Of a stretch of DNA of 64,000 nucleotides, positions 1-8,899 are shown piece by piece; within the stretch, counting starts at the first letter, position 1; each line of letters begins with the position of its first letter. A program made the translations under genes and the position numbers. The notes below the pieces were generated by a model. It was not told the DNA's origin. It worked only from the letters and a program-made list of their open reading frames with translations, and made no database searches. This stretch comes from an uncultured Bacilli bacterium (GTDB lineage: Bacteria; Bacillota_I; Bacilli_A; RF39; UBA660): contig CALVSW010000002.1 in assembly GCA_944359625.1 (NCBI GenBank), forward strand, positions 36,332-100,331. Direction: 5' to 3'.

Positions 1-29
1 AAAGTGATACAATTTATTATCATAAATTA

Positions 30-731
30 ATGAGTTTATTTGATTTTATAAATGAATATATTTTCAATATATGGGAAGATAGAGATACTTTTGTTGAGCT
101 AGAAGAATTTTTTACTCACATTGGTTTAACTTCTAAAGAACATGTGTCTCAAGAATCTTTTCTTAATTTTTTAGAATTAATGATAAATTTAATTGATGTT
201 TTAAATGAAAATTATTCAAATGGGATTTTTTGCTCAATAAAAGTTAAAAATATTTTTGAACATAATATACCAATTATACTTGAAAAACTAAATTATAAAA
301 TAGCAGATATGAAAAGTAGAAAAATAATTATAAAAAGAGATGCTGATGTTGATTCTGTATTAGAAATTGTTCCGGAGAGTATATCTAATTTATTACTTAG
401 TTACAATGATATAAGATGTAATAATATAGAATCAAAGAAAAGTATTTTAAAAAATATAGATTTGTATTTAGAAAGTGATTCAAATAAAAAAATCTTTAAA
501 TCTCTGGATAGTAAATTGTGGGATTCAATTGCTACAATTGTTAATAAAATGGGGGTAAATCATCCAATACAAGAAGAACCATTTTTATCTTTAAAACATG
601 ATGAGATTATCAAGTGGTATGATAAATGCTTTAAGATGATGATTCATTTAATTAGAATGAAAGAGATTAAAAATTATAAAAATGAAAGAGATATTCTTGT
701 TAAACATGATGGAGGTATAAAAAATGATTAA
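30..731 (+). CDS. Hypothetical protein, first gene of the R-M operon
   Basis: 233-aa ORF with no motif I recognise. Its 3' end overlaps the dpnM-like start by 8 nt. An extended -10-like TGATACAAT lies at 5-13. Confidence 0.55.
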   Translation: MSLFDFINEYIFNIWEDRDTFVELEEFFTHIGLTSKEHVSQESFLNFLELMINLIDVLNENYSNGIFCSIKVKNIFEHNIPIILEKLNYKIADMKSRKIIIKRDADVDSVLEIVPESISNLLLSYNDIRCNNIESKKSILKNIDLYLESDSNKKIFKSLDSKLWDSIATIVNKMGVNHPIQEEPFLSLKHDEIIKWYDKCFKMMIHLIRMKEIKNYKNERDILVKHDGGIKND

Positions 732-1575
732 AGGTAAACCATTTGTAAAATGGGCTGGTGGAAAGAGACAAATTATAGACAAATTAAAAAAATATGTTCC
801 TAATGAATTTAATAAATATTATGAACCATTTGTAGGTGGAGGTGCTTTATTATTTGAATTATCTCCTAAAAATGCTATTATTAATGATAGCAATAAAGAA
901 TTAATGAATGTTTATAAATGTATAAAAGATGATAATAAGTTTGAAGCTATGTGTAAAGAATTAGATCATCATGAAACTATGCATTCTGAAGAATATTATT
1001 ATAAAATTAGAAATTTAGATAGAGATAAAAAGAAATTTAATAAGATAGCTGATTATAAGAGGGCTGCTAGAACAATTTATCTTAATAAAGCTTGCTTTAA
1101 TGGATTATATAGAGTAAATAGTAAAAATGAATTTAATGTTCCATTTGGAAAGAAAACTAAAGTCAATACTTATGAGGGACAAAATTTAGGAATTGTATAT
1201 AGCTTTTTAAATTACAATAATATTACATTGCTATCAGTTGATTTTGAAGAAGCTGTAAAAGATGCTAAAAGAGGAGACTTTATATACTTTGATCCACCAT
1301 ATGATTCTGATACAACTACTTTTAATAGTTATACTGAAGATGGTTTTGATAAAGATGAACAAAAAAGGCTTGCAAATGTATTTAAAGAATTGGATAAAAG
1401 AGGTTGTTATGTAATGTTATCAAATCATAATACAACTTTAGTTAATGAATTATATAAAGACTATAATATTCATGTAATTGAAGCTAAGAGGAGTATTAAT
1501 GCTAATGGTAAAAAAAGAGGCAAAGTAAAAGAAGTTATAATAACAAATTATGAAAATAAAAAAGAAATTGAATAA
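724..1575 (+). CDS. dpnM: Dam-family N6-adenine DNA methyltransferase (GATC), DpnM-like
   Basis: FVKWAGGKRQ, EPFVGGGALLFEL, NGLYRVNSKNEFNVPFG and FIYFDPPY motifs. Collinear along its length with pneumococcal DpnM as I recall it. Confidence 0.9.
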   Translation: MIKGKPFVKWAGGKRQIIDKLKKYVPNEFNKYYEPFVGGGALLFELSPKNAIINDSNKELMNVYKCIKDDNKFEAMCKELDHHETMHSEEYYYKIRNLDRDKKKFNKIADYKRAARTIYLNKACFNGLYRVNSKNEFNVPFGKKTKVNTYEGQNLGIVYSFLNYNNITLLSVDFEEAVKDAKRGDFIYFDPPYDSDTTTFNSYTEDGFDKDEQKRLANVFKELDKRGCYVMLSNHNTTLVNELYKDYNIHVIEAKRSINANGKKRGKVKEVIITNYENKKEIE

Positions 1576-1597
1576 TAATTTTGATAGGAGGTATTGA

Positions 1598-2383
1598 TTG
1601 AATAAATTAAAGTATTATTATGATAATAACAATTTTAAACTTATACTAGGTGATTCATTAAAAATACTAAAAAATATTGAACCTAAAAGTATTGATATGA
1701 TATTTGCAGATCCTCCTTACTTTCTATCAGGAGATGGAATTTCTTGTAGTGGTGGTAAAATGGTATCAGTTAATAAAGGGGCTTGGGATAAATCTATTAG
1801 TATTGAAGAAAAACATAAATTTAATAGAAAATGGATTGGATTATGTTATCAAATTTTAAAAGATAATGGTACTATTTGGATAAGTGGAACCATGCATAAT
1901 ATTTATTCAATAGGTATGGCATTAGAACAAGAAGGATTTAAAATTATTAATAATATTACTTGGAGAAAACTTAATCCACCTCCAAATATTAGTTGTAGAG
2001 CTTTTGTTCATTCGACAGAAACGATATTATGGGCAAAGAAGGATATAAAAAAGGTTAAATATAAGTTTAACTATGAATTAATGAAAAAATTAAATAATGG
2101 TAAACAAATGAAGGATGTTTGGGAAACTTCTTTAACTAAACAAAGTGAAAAAAAGTGTGGTAAACATCCAACACAAAAACCTATTGAATTATTAGAAAAA
2201 ATTATTTTGGGATCAACTGATGAAGGTGATTTAATTTTAGACCCATTTAATGGTAGTGGTACTACGGGTATAGTGGCAAGTAAATTAAATAGAAAATATA
2301 TTGGGATTGAAAAGGAAAAAGAGTATTTAGATTTGACTATAAGAAGAAAGGAAGATTATGATGAAAATAAGCAAAGGAAATAA
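1598..2383 (+). CDS. dpnA: Second N6-adenine DNA methyltransferase, DpnA-like
   Basis: TTG start 7 nt after AGGAGG. IFADPPYFLS, NITWRKLNPPPN, KHPTQKP and LDPFNGSGTTG motifs; close resemblance to DpnA/LlaDCHI-B. Confidence 0.9.
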   Translation: MNKLKYYYDNNNFKLILGDSLKILKNIEPKSIDMIFADPPYFLSGDGISCSGGKMVSVNKGAWDKSISIEEKHKFNRKWIGLCYQILKDNGTIWISGTMHNIYSIGMALEQEGFKIINNITWRKLNPPPNISCRAFVHSTETILWAKKDIKKVKYKFNYELMKKLNNGKQMKDVWETSLTKQSEKKCGKHPTQKPIELLEKIILGSTDEGDLILDPFNGSGTTGIVASKLNRKYIGIEKEKEYLDLTIRRKEDYDENKQRK

Positions 2384-2903
2384 AACTTGTAAAATAAAAG
2401 GTAACAGAATAACTTCAATAATTGACATAGATTTTAATGACAAATATAAAATATATATTTTTCAGGGAAATTTAAGCGAAAATGACATTATAATAAAATA
2501 TTCAGAAAATGGAAAAAGAATTAGAACACCAAAGCATATACATTGGACAGTAGATTTGCTATTGAAATTACAGGCTGATAATATTTTAACTAAGTCTTAT
2601 ATTAATGAAATCATAAAAGAATGGCAATCTTGTCAGTCTCTTAAAAATAATGATGAATGTACATTAACAACATTAGTTAATAATTATGTAGAGATTACTG
2701 ATGTTGAAAAGTATCAAAAATTAACTAAGTATGGTGAGTATGATATTGAATTTTTAACTGTATTAATGACTTTGCTTATGACCCAAGAAAAAACTAATCG
2801 TAAAGATGCTTATATGTTTGGTAACATTTTAGTATCTTTATTAAAAGACGATTTAGATATTTATTCAATAATGTCTGTTGCTGGTTTTGGAGGTAAACAT
2901 TAA
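2358..2903 (+). CDS. Hypothetical protein inserted between the methylase and endonuclease genes
   Basis: 181-aa ORF. Its start overlaps the dpnA-like 3' end and its TAA stop shares one nucleotide with the ATG of the endonuclease gene. No recognisable motif. Confidence 0.6.
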   Translation: MMKISKGNKTCKIKGNRITSIIDIDFNDKYKIYIFQGNLSENDIIIKYSENGKRIRTPKHIHWTVDLLLKLQADNILTKSYINEIIKEWQSCQSLKNNDECTLTTLVNNYVEITDVEKYQKLTKYGEYDIEFLTVLMTLLMTQEKTNRKDAYMFGNILVSLLKDDLDIYSIMSVAGFGGKH

Positions 2904-3760
2904 TGAATAGAAATTTTAATGAATGGTTCAGTAATTTTAAAACTAGTATATCAGATTATACTTATTATGTTGATTTTAAAAAAATATATAAAAATGTTGA
3001 TAAAATAAAAATAGAACTAAATATTTTAAACTCATTAATAGGTAGTAAAAATATTGAGGAAGAATTTCAAAATATATTAATTAAATATCCTAATACTTTA
3101 GATTGTATTCCGTTATTATTAGCAGTTAGATCGAGAGAAATATTTGTTAAAGATGAAATAAATGAATATTTATTTAAATTTGATAAAATGGTCTATTCTA
3201 TAAATGATTATATTAAATTTATGCAAAAAAGTGGCTTATTTGATTTATTACAAAATCATATTATAAATAATTTATATGATTATGTTTTAGGTATTGAAGT
3301 TGGATTAGATTCGAACGGAAGAAAAAATCGTGGTGGCCATTTAATGGAAAACTTAGTTGAGGATTATATAAAAAGGGCTGGTTATATAAAAGATAAAAAT
3401 TATTATAAGGAAATTTATACAAAAGATATTAAAGCCAAATGGAATATAGATTTAATATCAATATCTGGAAAAAAACAAGCAAGTAAACGATGGGATTATG
3501 TTATAAAAACTGATAAACAATTGTATGTTATTGAAACTAATTTTTATGCTAGTAAAGGTTCTAAATTAAATGAAACTGCTAGAAGTTATGAATTGATTGC
3601 TCAAAAAGTCAAACAAATAACCGGAGTAACATTTATTTGGATAACTGATGGTACAGGCTGGAATTATGCTAAAAATAATTTAGAAGAAACATTTAATGAA
3701 TTAGAAACTCTATATAATATTAATGATTTAGAAAATGGTGTTTTAAATAATTTAAATTAG
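2903..3760 (+). CDS. dpnB: DpnII/MboI-family type II restriction endonuclease (GATC)
   Basis: Near-collinear similarity to DpnII as recalled: NFNEWFS, LNSLIGSKNIEEEF, SGLFDLLQNH, GRKNRGG, NFYASKGSKLNETARSY, LYNINDLE. Confidence 0.9.
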   Translation: MNRNFNEWFSNFKTSISDYTYYVDFKKIYKNVDKIKIELNILNSLIGSKNIEEEFQNILIKYPNTLDCIPLLLAVRSREIFVKDEINEYLFKFDKMVYSINDYIKFMQKSGLFDLLQNHIINNLYDYVLGIEVGLDSNGRKNRGGHLMENLVEDYIKRAGYIKDKNYYKEIYTKDIKAKWNIDLISISGKKQASKRWDYVIKTDKQLYVIETNFYASKGSKLNETARSYELIAQKVKQITGVTFIWITDGTGWNYAKNNLEETFNELETLYNINDLENGVLNNLN

Positions 3761-3785
3761 ACTTATGTATAGTCTTTTTTATTTT
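3759..3785 (+). terminator. Weak rho-independent terminator after the R-M operon
   Basis: AGACT / AGTCT 5-bp stem followed by a T6 run immediately after the dpnB-like stop. Confidence 0.5.
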
Positions 3786-3929
3786 ATCTTAACATAAATT
3801 TAACTGTGATATTATGAATAAATATAAGATAAATATTATATATAATGATACGGATTTAAATATAAACGATATATTAATTAAAACTTTAAAAACAGAATTA
3901 TCTAAAATAATTATTAAGGATTATAACAA

Positions 3930-5483
3930 ATGAATTTTTTTAATGTAGGTTTATATATTAGACTTTCCCGTGAAGATGATGATAAAAATGAGATGAGTGA
4001 AAGTATTACAAATCAAAAAAGTTTACTAACTCAATATGTTGAAGAAAACAATTTAAAACTTGTTGATATTTATATTGATGATGGTTATAGCGGTACTAAT
4101 TTTGATAGACCAGCATTTAAAAGAATGATAGATGATATTTTAAAAGGTAAAATTAATATGGTTATTACTAAAGATATGTCACGTTTAGGAAGAGATTATA
4201 TTGGTACTGGAGAATTAATTGAAAAGTTTTTTCCAATTCATAAAGTTAGATATATAGCAGTTACAGATAATATAGATACTTATTTAGATAATTCTAATAA
4301 TGATATTGCACCATTTAAAGCGATAATGAATGATATGTATGCTAAAGATATTTCTAAAAAAATTAAATCAAGTTTAAGAGCGAAACAAAAAGAAGGAAAA
4401 TGGGTTGGAGGAAGAACTCCTTTTGGTTATATAAAAGATCCTCATAATAAAAATAAATTAATAATATTTGAAGAACAAGCCGTTATTGTTAGAAGAATAT
4501 TTAATATGTGTTTAGAGGGATTATCTTTTTATAAAATAGCTTTAAAATTAACAAATGAGAAGGTAAAAACACCAGCTGAATATTATAGTTTCAAGTGGAA
4601 AAATAGTTATCATCTTAATTATGGATTATGGCACGCTAAAACAATTAGAGATATTTTAACTAATAGAATGTATATTGGTGATTTAGTTCAAAATAAAAGA
4701 AATAAAGTTAATTATAAAGTAAAAAAGATTATTAAAAATAATCCTGAAAATTATATTGTTGTTGAAAATACACACGAACCTATTATAGAAAAAGGAATAT
4801 TTTATGAAGTTCAAAAAAGAATTCCTAAAAATGTAGGAAGGAATGAAAAAAAAGAAATAAATTTATTAGATGGTTTATTATATTGTGGTGATTGTGGACA
4901 CAGAATGTCAATTACATCTAGAAGAAAAAAAGATAACAGATGTTATACTATTTGTAATTATTATCGAACTTATATGCAAAATCATGTATGTACAACTCAT
5001 TCCAATAATTATGATATATTAGAAAAAGTCATTTTAAATAGATTAAAAGAAATATGTTTAAATTACATTGATAAGAAAAAAATAAAAGAAATAATATTAA
5101 AAAATTTATATAATAATGATAAACAAAGTATAAAAAAAGAAATATCAGTTCTTGAAATAGAAATCAATTATATCAATAATAATTTAGATAATATCTATCT
5201 AGATAAATTAAATAAAGTGATTTCTGAAGAACAATTTAATAGAGTTAAAGTTAAGTTAGAAAATGAATTAAAGATTAAACAAGATAGATATATAGAAATA
5301 TCTAGTAATATTAATGAAAAAAATAATAGTGAAACGAATCATAAAAAAATAGAGAAATTTATTGATAAGTATTTGTATTTGAAAAAGCCTAGTAGAGAAT
5401 TAATTGTTAATTTAGTTGATAGAATAGAAATATTTGAAGATAAAAAAATAAATATTAAAGTTAGTTTTAATAAATTAAGTTAA
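3930..5483 (+). CDS. Large serine recombinase (resolvase/invertase N-domain, recombinase domain, zinc ribbon, coiled coil)
   Basis: N-terminal LYIRLSREDD (catalytic Ser context), YIDDGYSGTNFDRPAF, VITKDMSRLGRDY. Cys cluster LLYCGDCGH...CNYY. 517 aa, typical of SpoIVCA/phage-type large serine recombinases. Confidence 0.9.
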   Translation: MNFFNVGLYIRLSREDDDKNEMSESITNQKSLLTQYVEENNLKLVDIYIDDGYSGTNFDRPAFKRMIDDILKGKINMVITKDMSRLGRDYIGTGELIEKFFPIHKVRYIAVTDNIDTYLDNSNNDIAPFKAIMNDMYAKDISKKIKSSLRAKQKEGKWVGGRTPFGYIKDPHNKNKLIIFEEQAVIVRRIFNMCLEGLSFYKIALKLTNEKVKTPAEYYSFKWKNSYHLNYGLWHAKTIRDILTNRMYIGDLVQNKRNKVNYKVKKIIKNNPENYIVVENTHEPIIEKGIFYEVQKRIPKNVGRNEKKEINLLDGLLYCGDCGHRMSITSRRKKDNRCYTICNYYRTYMQNHVCTTHSNNYDILEKVILNRLKEICLNYIDKKKIKEIILKNLYNNDKQSIKKEISVLEIEINYINNNLDNIYLDKLNKVISEEQFNRVKVKLENELKIKQDRYIEISSNINEKNNSETNHKKIEKFIDKYLYLKKPSRELIVNLVDRIEIFEDKKINIKVSFNKLS

Positions 5484-5517
5484 AATATGGTATAATTAAG
5501 CCTCAAGAGGAGGTTTT

Positions 5518-7104
5518 ATGAGTATTTTAACAAGTGCTAGTAGTTCTTCTGTTAGTAGAGGATATGATTACTATAAAGAACATAAAGTTCATGATATAAA
5601 TCAGATAAATGATAATGAATTTGAAGGTTATGTAGATGGTAGTTTAAAAAAACCTTATTATGTAAAGATTAATATAAATCATCCAAGAAAATCACAATGC
5701 GATTGTCCTCACGCTAATGGAAATATAACATGTAAGCATATGGTAGCGTTATTTTTTGAATTGTTTCCAGATGAAGCAGAAGATTATAATTCATGGTTAA
5801 CCAGTGATTTTGATGATGAATATGATGAAGATGATTATGACGATTATTATGACGATGAATATGATGGTTACAATTATTTAAAAAATGATACAAATTTTGA
5901 AAAGTCATTATTTTTTGATATGGTATTAGATAAATATATTAAATCTTTATCAAGGGAAGAATTACAAAAATTATTAAAAAAAGAGTTATTAAAAAATGAA
6001 GAGGATACTTACTATAATTATTTAAAGGATGTTTATAATAAATTTTTAAATAATAGTGATGAATCATTAGTATATTTAGAAAAACTAAATAAAAAAGTTA
6101 ATGAATTTACTAATATACATTATTATGATTATAATTATAAAAAGTTTGATGATATATTATTAACACCGTATGATAAAAGAATGATTGGTAAAATATATGA
6201 AGATAATATATATACAAAACAGGTAGATAACATATTATTAGTTCCTAAACTGGCAGTTTATTCTAAATTTGATTGGATTGCAACCTTTTATCGAAATGAA
6301 AAAAGTTCTAAAAAAATTAATGATTTTATCGATGAATTACAAAATTATTTTAATAGTTTAAAACACTATAGTATTAAAAGTACGATTCCAAAATCTAATA
6401 TATTAATAAATATTTTTTTGTTAAAAAAATATCCAATAGAGCAATTAGCTTTATCTCTTCTTAATAATGCTAAATATTTAGAATATATTGAATATGTTAT
6501 TAAACATACAAAAGATTATAAATTATTATATAAAGAGTTTATAAAAATGATTGAGAAAAATTATTTTAAAAATAAAATATATATACCTAAAGTTTTAGCT
6601 ATATTTTATTATTTAAGTAATTATGATGATAAAAAATTAGAATTTAATTATAATTTGTATAATTTTCTTTGCCTTGGTAATATTGAATATTTAAGGTATT
6701 TGTCTTTTGATTTAACTAAAGAACAAATAATAAAAATTATAGAAGATAAAACAAAAGATATAAATTTACTTATAAAATTATATAATTATTTTAATGAAGA
6801 CAAAAAATTATATAACTTAATTTTGAATAGTAATAGAAAGTATATGTTTTTACAATATGTTGAGTTATTAAAAAATAATTATAGTAAAGAATTGTATGAT
6901 TATTTTTATAATGAATTTTATTTAACTTTAAATATTGATAAAAAAAGAGAAATATATAACAAAGCTGCAGAATATCTTGGAGCTATATTGAAATTAAAAG
7001 ATGGTGAAAAATTAGTTAATAACATTATTGAAGAGTTAAAGAAATCTGATTTTAAAAAATGTAGTGCATTATTTGAAGAAATTGATAATGTAGTTAAGAT
7101 TTAG
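5518..7104 (+). CDS. SWIM zinc-finger domain protein with an acidic/Tyr-rich linker and a long helical C-terminal region
   Basis: CDCPHANGNITCKHMVALF matches CxCxnCxH (SWIM). Low-complexity DFDDEYDEDDYDDYYDDEYDGYNY. Strong RBS AGAGGAGG upstream. Confidence 0.8.
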   Translation: MSILTSASSSSVSRGYDYYKEHKVHDINQINDNEFEGYVDGSLKKPYYVKININHPRKSQCDCPHANGNITCKHMVALFFELFPDEAEDYNSWLTSDFDDEYDEDDYDDYYDDEYDGYNYLKNDTNFEKSLFFDMVLDKYIKSLSREELQKLLKKELLKNEEDTYYNYLKDVYNKFLNNSDESLVYLEKLNKKVNEFTNIHYYDYNYKKFDDILLTPYDKRMIGKIYEDNIYTKQVDNILLVPKLAVYSKFDWIATFYRNEKSSKKINDFIDELQNYFNSLKHYSIKSTIPKSNILINIFLLKKYPIEQLALSLLNNAKYLEYIEYVIKHTKDYKLLYKEFIKMIEKNYFKNKIYIPKVLAIFYYLSNYDDKKLEFNYNLYNFLCLGNIEYLRYLSFDLTKEQIIKIIEDKTKDINLLIKLYNYFNEDKKLYNLILNSNRKYMFLQYVELLKNNYSKELYDYFYNEFYLTLNIDKKREIYNKAAEYLGAILKLKDGEKLVNNIIEELKKSDFKKCSALFEEIDNVVKI

Positions 7105-7251
7105 TCTATCATAAGTACGCAAGGACATGTAATCCCAGTAAATACTAGGATAATTAATCATCATATTATACATCATACATATGTACCTATGTTTACTTGC
7201 TGTGAAGAAAATGATTGTACTAATGTTTATGACAATAAGTGCTGTTTATAG
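7105..7251 (+). pseudogene. Start-less 3' fragment of a His/Cys-rich CotD-like spore-coat gene
   Basis: Open frame SIISTQGHVIPVNTRIINHHIIHHTYVPMFTCCEENDCTNVYDNKCCL*. It has no plausible start or RBS. The pattern NHxxxHHxYxP...CC resembles B. subtilis CotD (PF11122) as I recall it. It has its own terminator. Confidence 0.45.
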
Positions 7252-7256
7252 TTAAT

Positions 7257-7286
7257 AAAAAGCAAATAGAAAATATTTGCTTTTTA
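7257..7286 (+). terminator. Rho-independent terminator of the CotD-like fragment
   Basis: GCAAATA-GAAAA-TATTTGC stem-loop extended by A/T pairs and followed by TTTTT. Confidence 0.75.
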
Positions 7287-7324
7287 TGTGCTAATATAAT
7301 AATATCTTTTTATAGGCGATTTTT

Positions 7325-7705
7325 ATGAAAGTATTAACTATTAAAGAACCTTGGGCAAGTTTAATAATTGAAGGTTATAAAAAATACGAGTTTAGAAGTT
7401 GGAAAACTAATTATCGTGGCAAGATATTAATTCATGCTGGAATGACTATCGAAAAAGATATGTTAAAAAGATTTAAAGATTATAAATTCACTTGTAATCC
7501 TGGTTATATTATTGGCGAAGCAACATTAGTTGATTGTATTTTAGTAGATGAAAAATTTAATGAAGAGTTAAAAAAAATAGATCCAGTTGTTTATGGCAGA
7601 AATAATCATACATGTGCATATGCTTGGAAACTAGAAAATGTAATAAAATATAATCATTTAGTACCAGTTAAAGGAAAATTAGGATTATGGAATTATGAAA
7701 AGTAA
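7325..7705 (+). CDS. ASCH domain protein
   Basis: 126 aa. N-terminal LTIKEPWASLIIEGYKKYEFRSW is typical of the ASCH/PUA-like fold. Confidence 0.75.
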   Translation: MKVLTIKEPWASLIIEGYKKYEFRSWKTNYRGKILIHAGMTIEKDMLKRFKDYKFTCNPGYIIGEATLVDCILVDEKFNEELKKIDPVVYGRNNHTCAYAWKLENVIKYNHLVPVKGKLGLWNYEK

Positions 7706-7723
7706 AAAAAGTAGGTGATATTT

Positions 7724-8839
7724 ATGGATATACTTGATATATTTTATAATCATGTAATAAAAGAAGCTTTAACTGGTAGAGTAGATTGTTATTTTTATTA
7801 TAATATTGTATTTAACGTAATAATAGAAGATAAGATGCTAAGTAGTAATTTAGAAGAAGTCTATGAAGATGTTATAATCCCGACTTTAAATATCCAAAAT
7901 AAAGAAGAATTTGATAGATTATTAATTATATATGTTAATAAATGTTTAGAATTTTATGATAATAGTAATTTTCATGAAGAAATATTAAATGGTACTTTAT
8001 ATGATGAAGAAAATAAAATATGTAAAGAAAAAATGATTTTAACTTTATTATTTGCTAATGCTTCTTTAAATGATTTTGCTAATCCAATTTTTTATTTAAA
8101 TAGAAGAATAAATTTTTTAGATAGTTTAACTTGTAATTATGATTTAGGTTATTCAGATATTTTAAATTGTAATTTAGCTATATCAGTTACTAAAGATAAA
8201 ATAAATAATGAAACACCATATCAGTTTGTTGTAACTTTAATATCTTTAGATGGTAGTACTTTTGAACTTCCAAGAATAAAATTTGCTGTAAGTGAAAATA
8301 AAGCATATATTTATGCTATTCAAAATTATAATAAAACAACTTCTTCTTTTTTTAAAAAAACTAATCGAAAATTTTATAAAGTAAATGAAGGATTTAATAA
8401 AGATGAAGATAATAATGAAATATATGGTGATGGTAATTTAAATGATGTTTCTTCTAGTTTTTTACTTGTTGCTAATATGTTAATTACTTACTTGATTACC
8501 CAAAAAGTTAATGAATTTTATGTATGTCCTTTTTTAATAGAAAGATGGAATTCTAAAGTAATTGCAAATCATATTAAAGAAAAATATAAGAATATTGATT
8601 ATAATGAATTATATAAGTTCCAACTTAATATTCAATCTAACTTAACAGAAAAGTTTTTAAGAACTTTTTTAAGATTAAATTATCATTGTGATAATTTAGA
8701 AATAAAAGAATATCCAATGGAACAAGATTCTAATTTGCATATAGTTAGTAATAACGAAATTTATTCAAATAATCTACTATTAAATGAAGTATCTTATTTA
8801 ATAATTAAAAGATTAAAAACTAATAATTTAAAAAAATAA
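7724..8839 (+). CDS. Hypothetical protein
   Basis: Long ORF. I prefer the ATG at 7724 after GTAGGTGA over the GTG at 7715 given in the ORF track. No recognised motif. Confidence 0.55.
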   Translation: MDILDIFYNHVIKEALTGRVDCYFYYNIVFNVIIEDKMLSSNLEEVYEDVIIPTLNIQNKEEFDRLLIIYVNKCLEFYDNSNFHEEILNGTLYDEENKICKEKMILTLLFANASLNDFANPIFYLNRRINFLDSLTCNYDLGYSDILNCNLAISVTKDKINNETPYQFVVTLISLDGSTFELPRIKFAVSENKAYIYAIQNYNKTTSSFFKKTNRKFYKVNEGFNKDEDNNEIYGDGNLNDVSSSFLLVANMLITYLITQKVNEFYVCPFLIERWNSKVIANHIKEKYKNIDYNELYKFQLNIQSNLTEKFLRTFLRLNYHCDNLEIKEYPMEQDSNLHIVSNNEIYSNNLLLNEVSYLIIKRLKTNNLKK

Positions 8840-8899
8840 TGGTAATAACTGGCTAAGTAAAAAAATAATAATTACCTATAATAATATTAGGTGATCAAT

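Larger units (their letters stand above)
1..7104. mobile_element. Right-hand portion of a putative integrated/intervening element (R-M operon, large serine recombinase, SWIM protein); left end lies outside the window
   Basis: Cargo typical of mobile DNA (DpnII-type R-M plus large serine recombinase) lies directly next to a start-less 3' gene fragment with its own terminator (7105-7286). Exact att boundaries cannot be determined from this window. Confidence 0.5.

Noticed and set aside
5714-5908. 64-aa minus-strand His/Asn-rich ORF within the SWIM gene.
   Set aside because: It is the antisense reading of the GAT/GAA/TAT acidic-Tyr repeat tract and has no independent support.
7102-7107. The single in-frame TAG between the SWIM ORF and the CotD-like fragment, considered as programmed readthrough or a fusion.
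   Set aside because: The two share a frame with one-in-three probability by chance. The two protein parts are unrelated in composition, and I see no readthrough context or recoding signal that I recognise.
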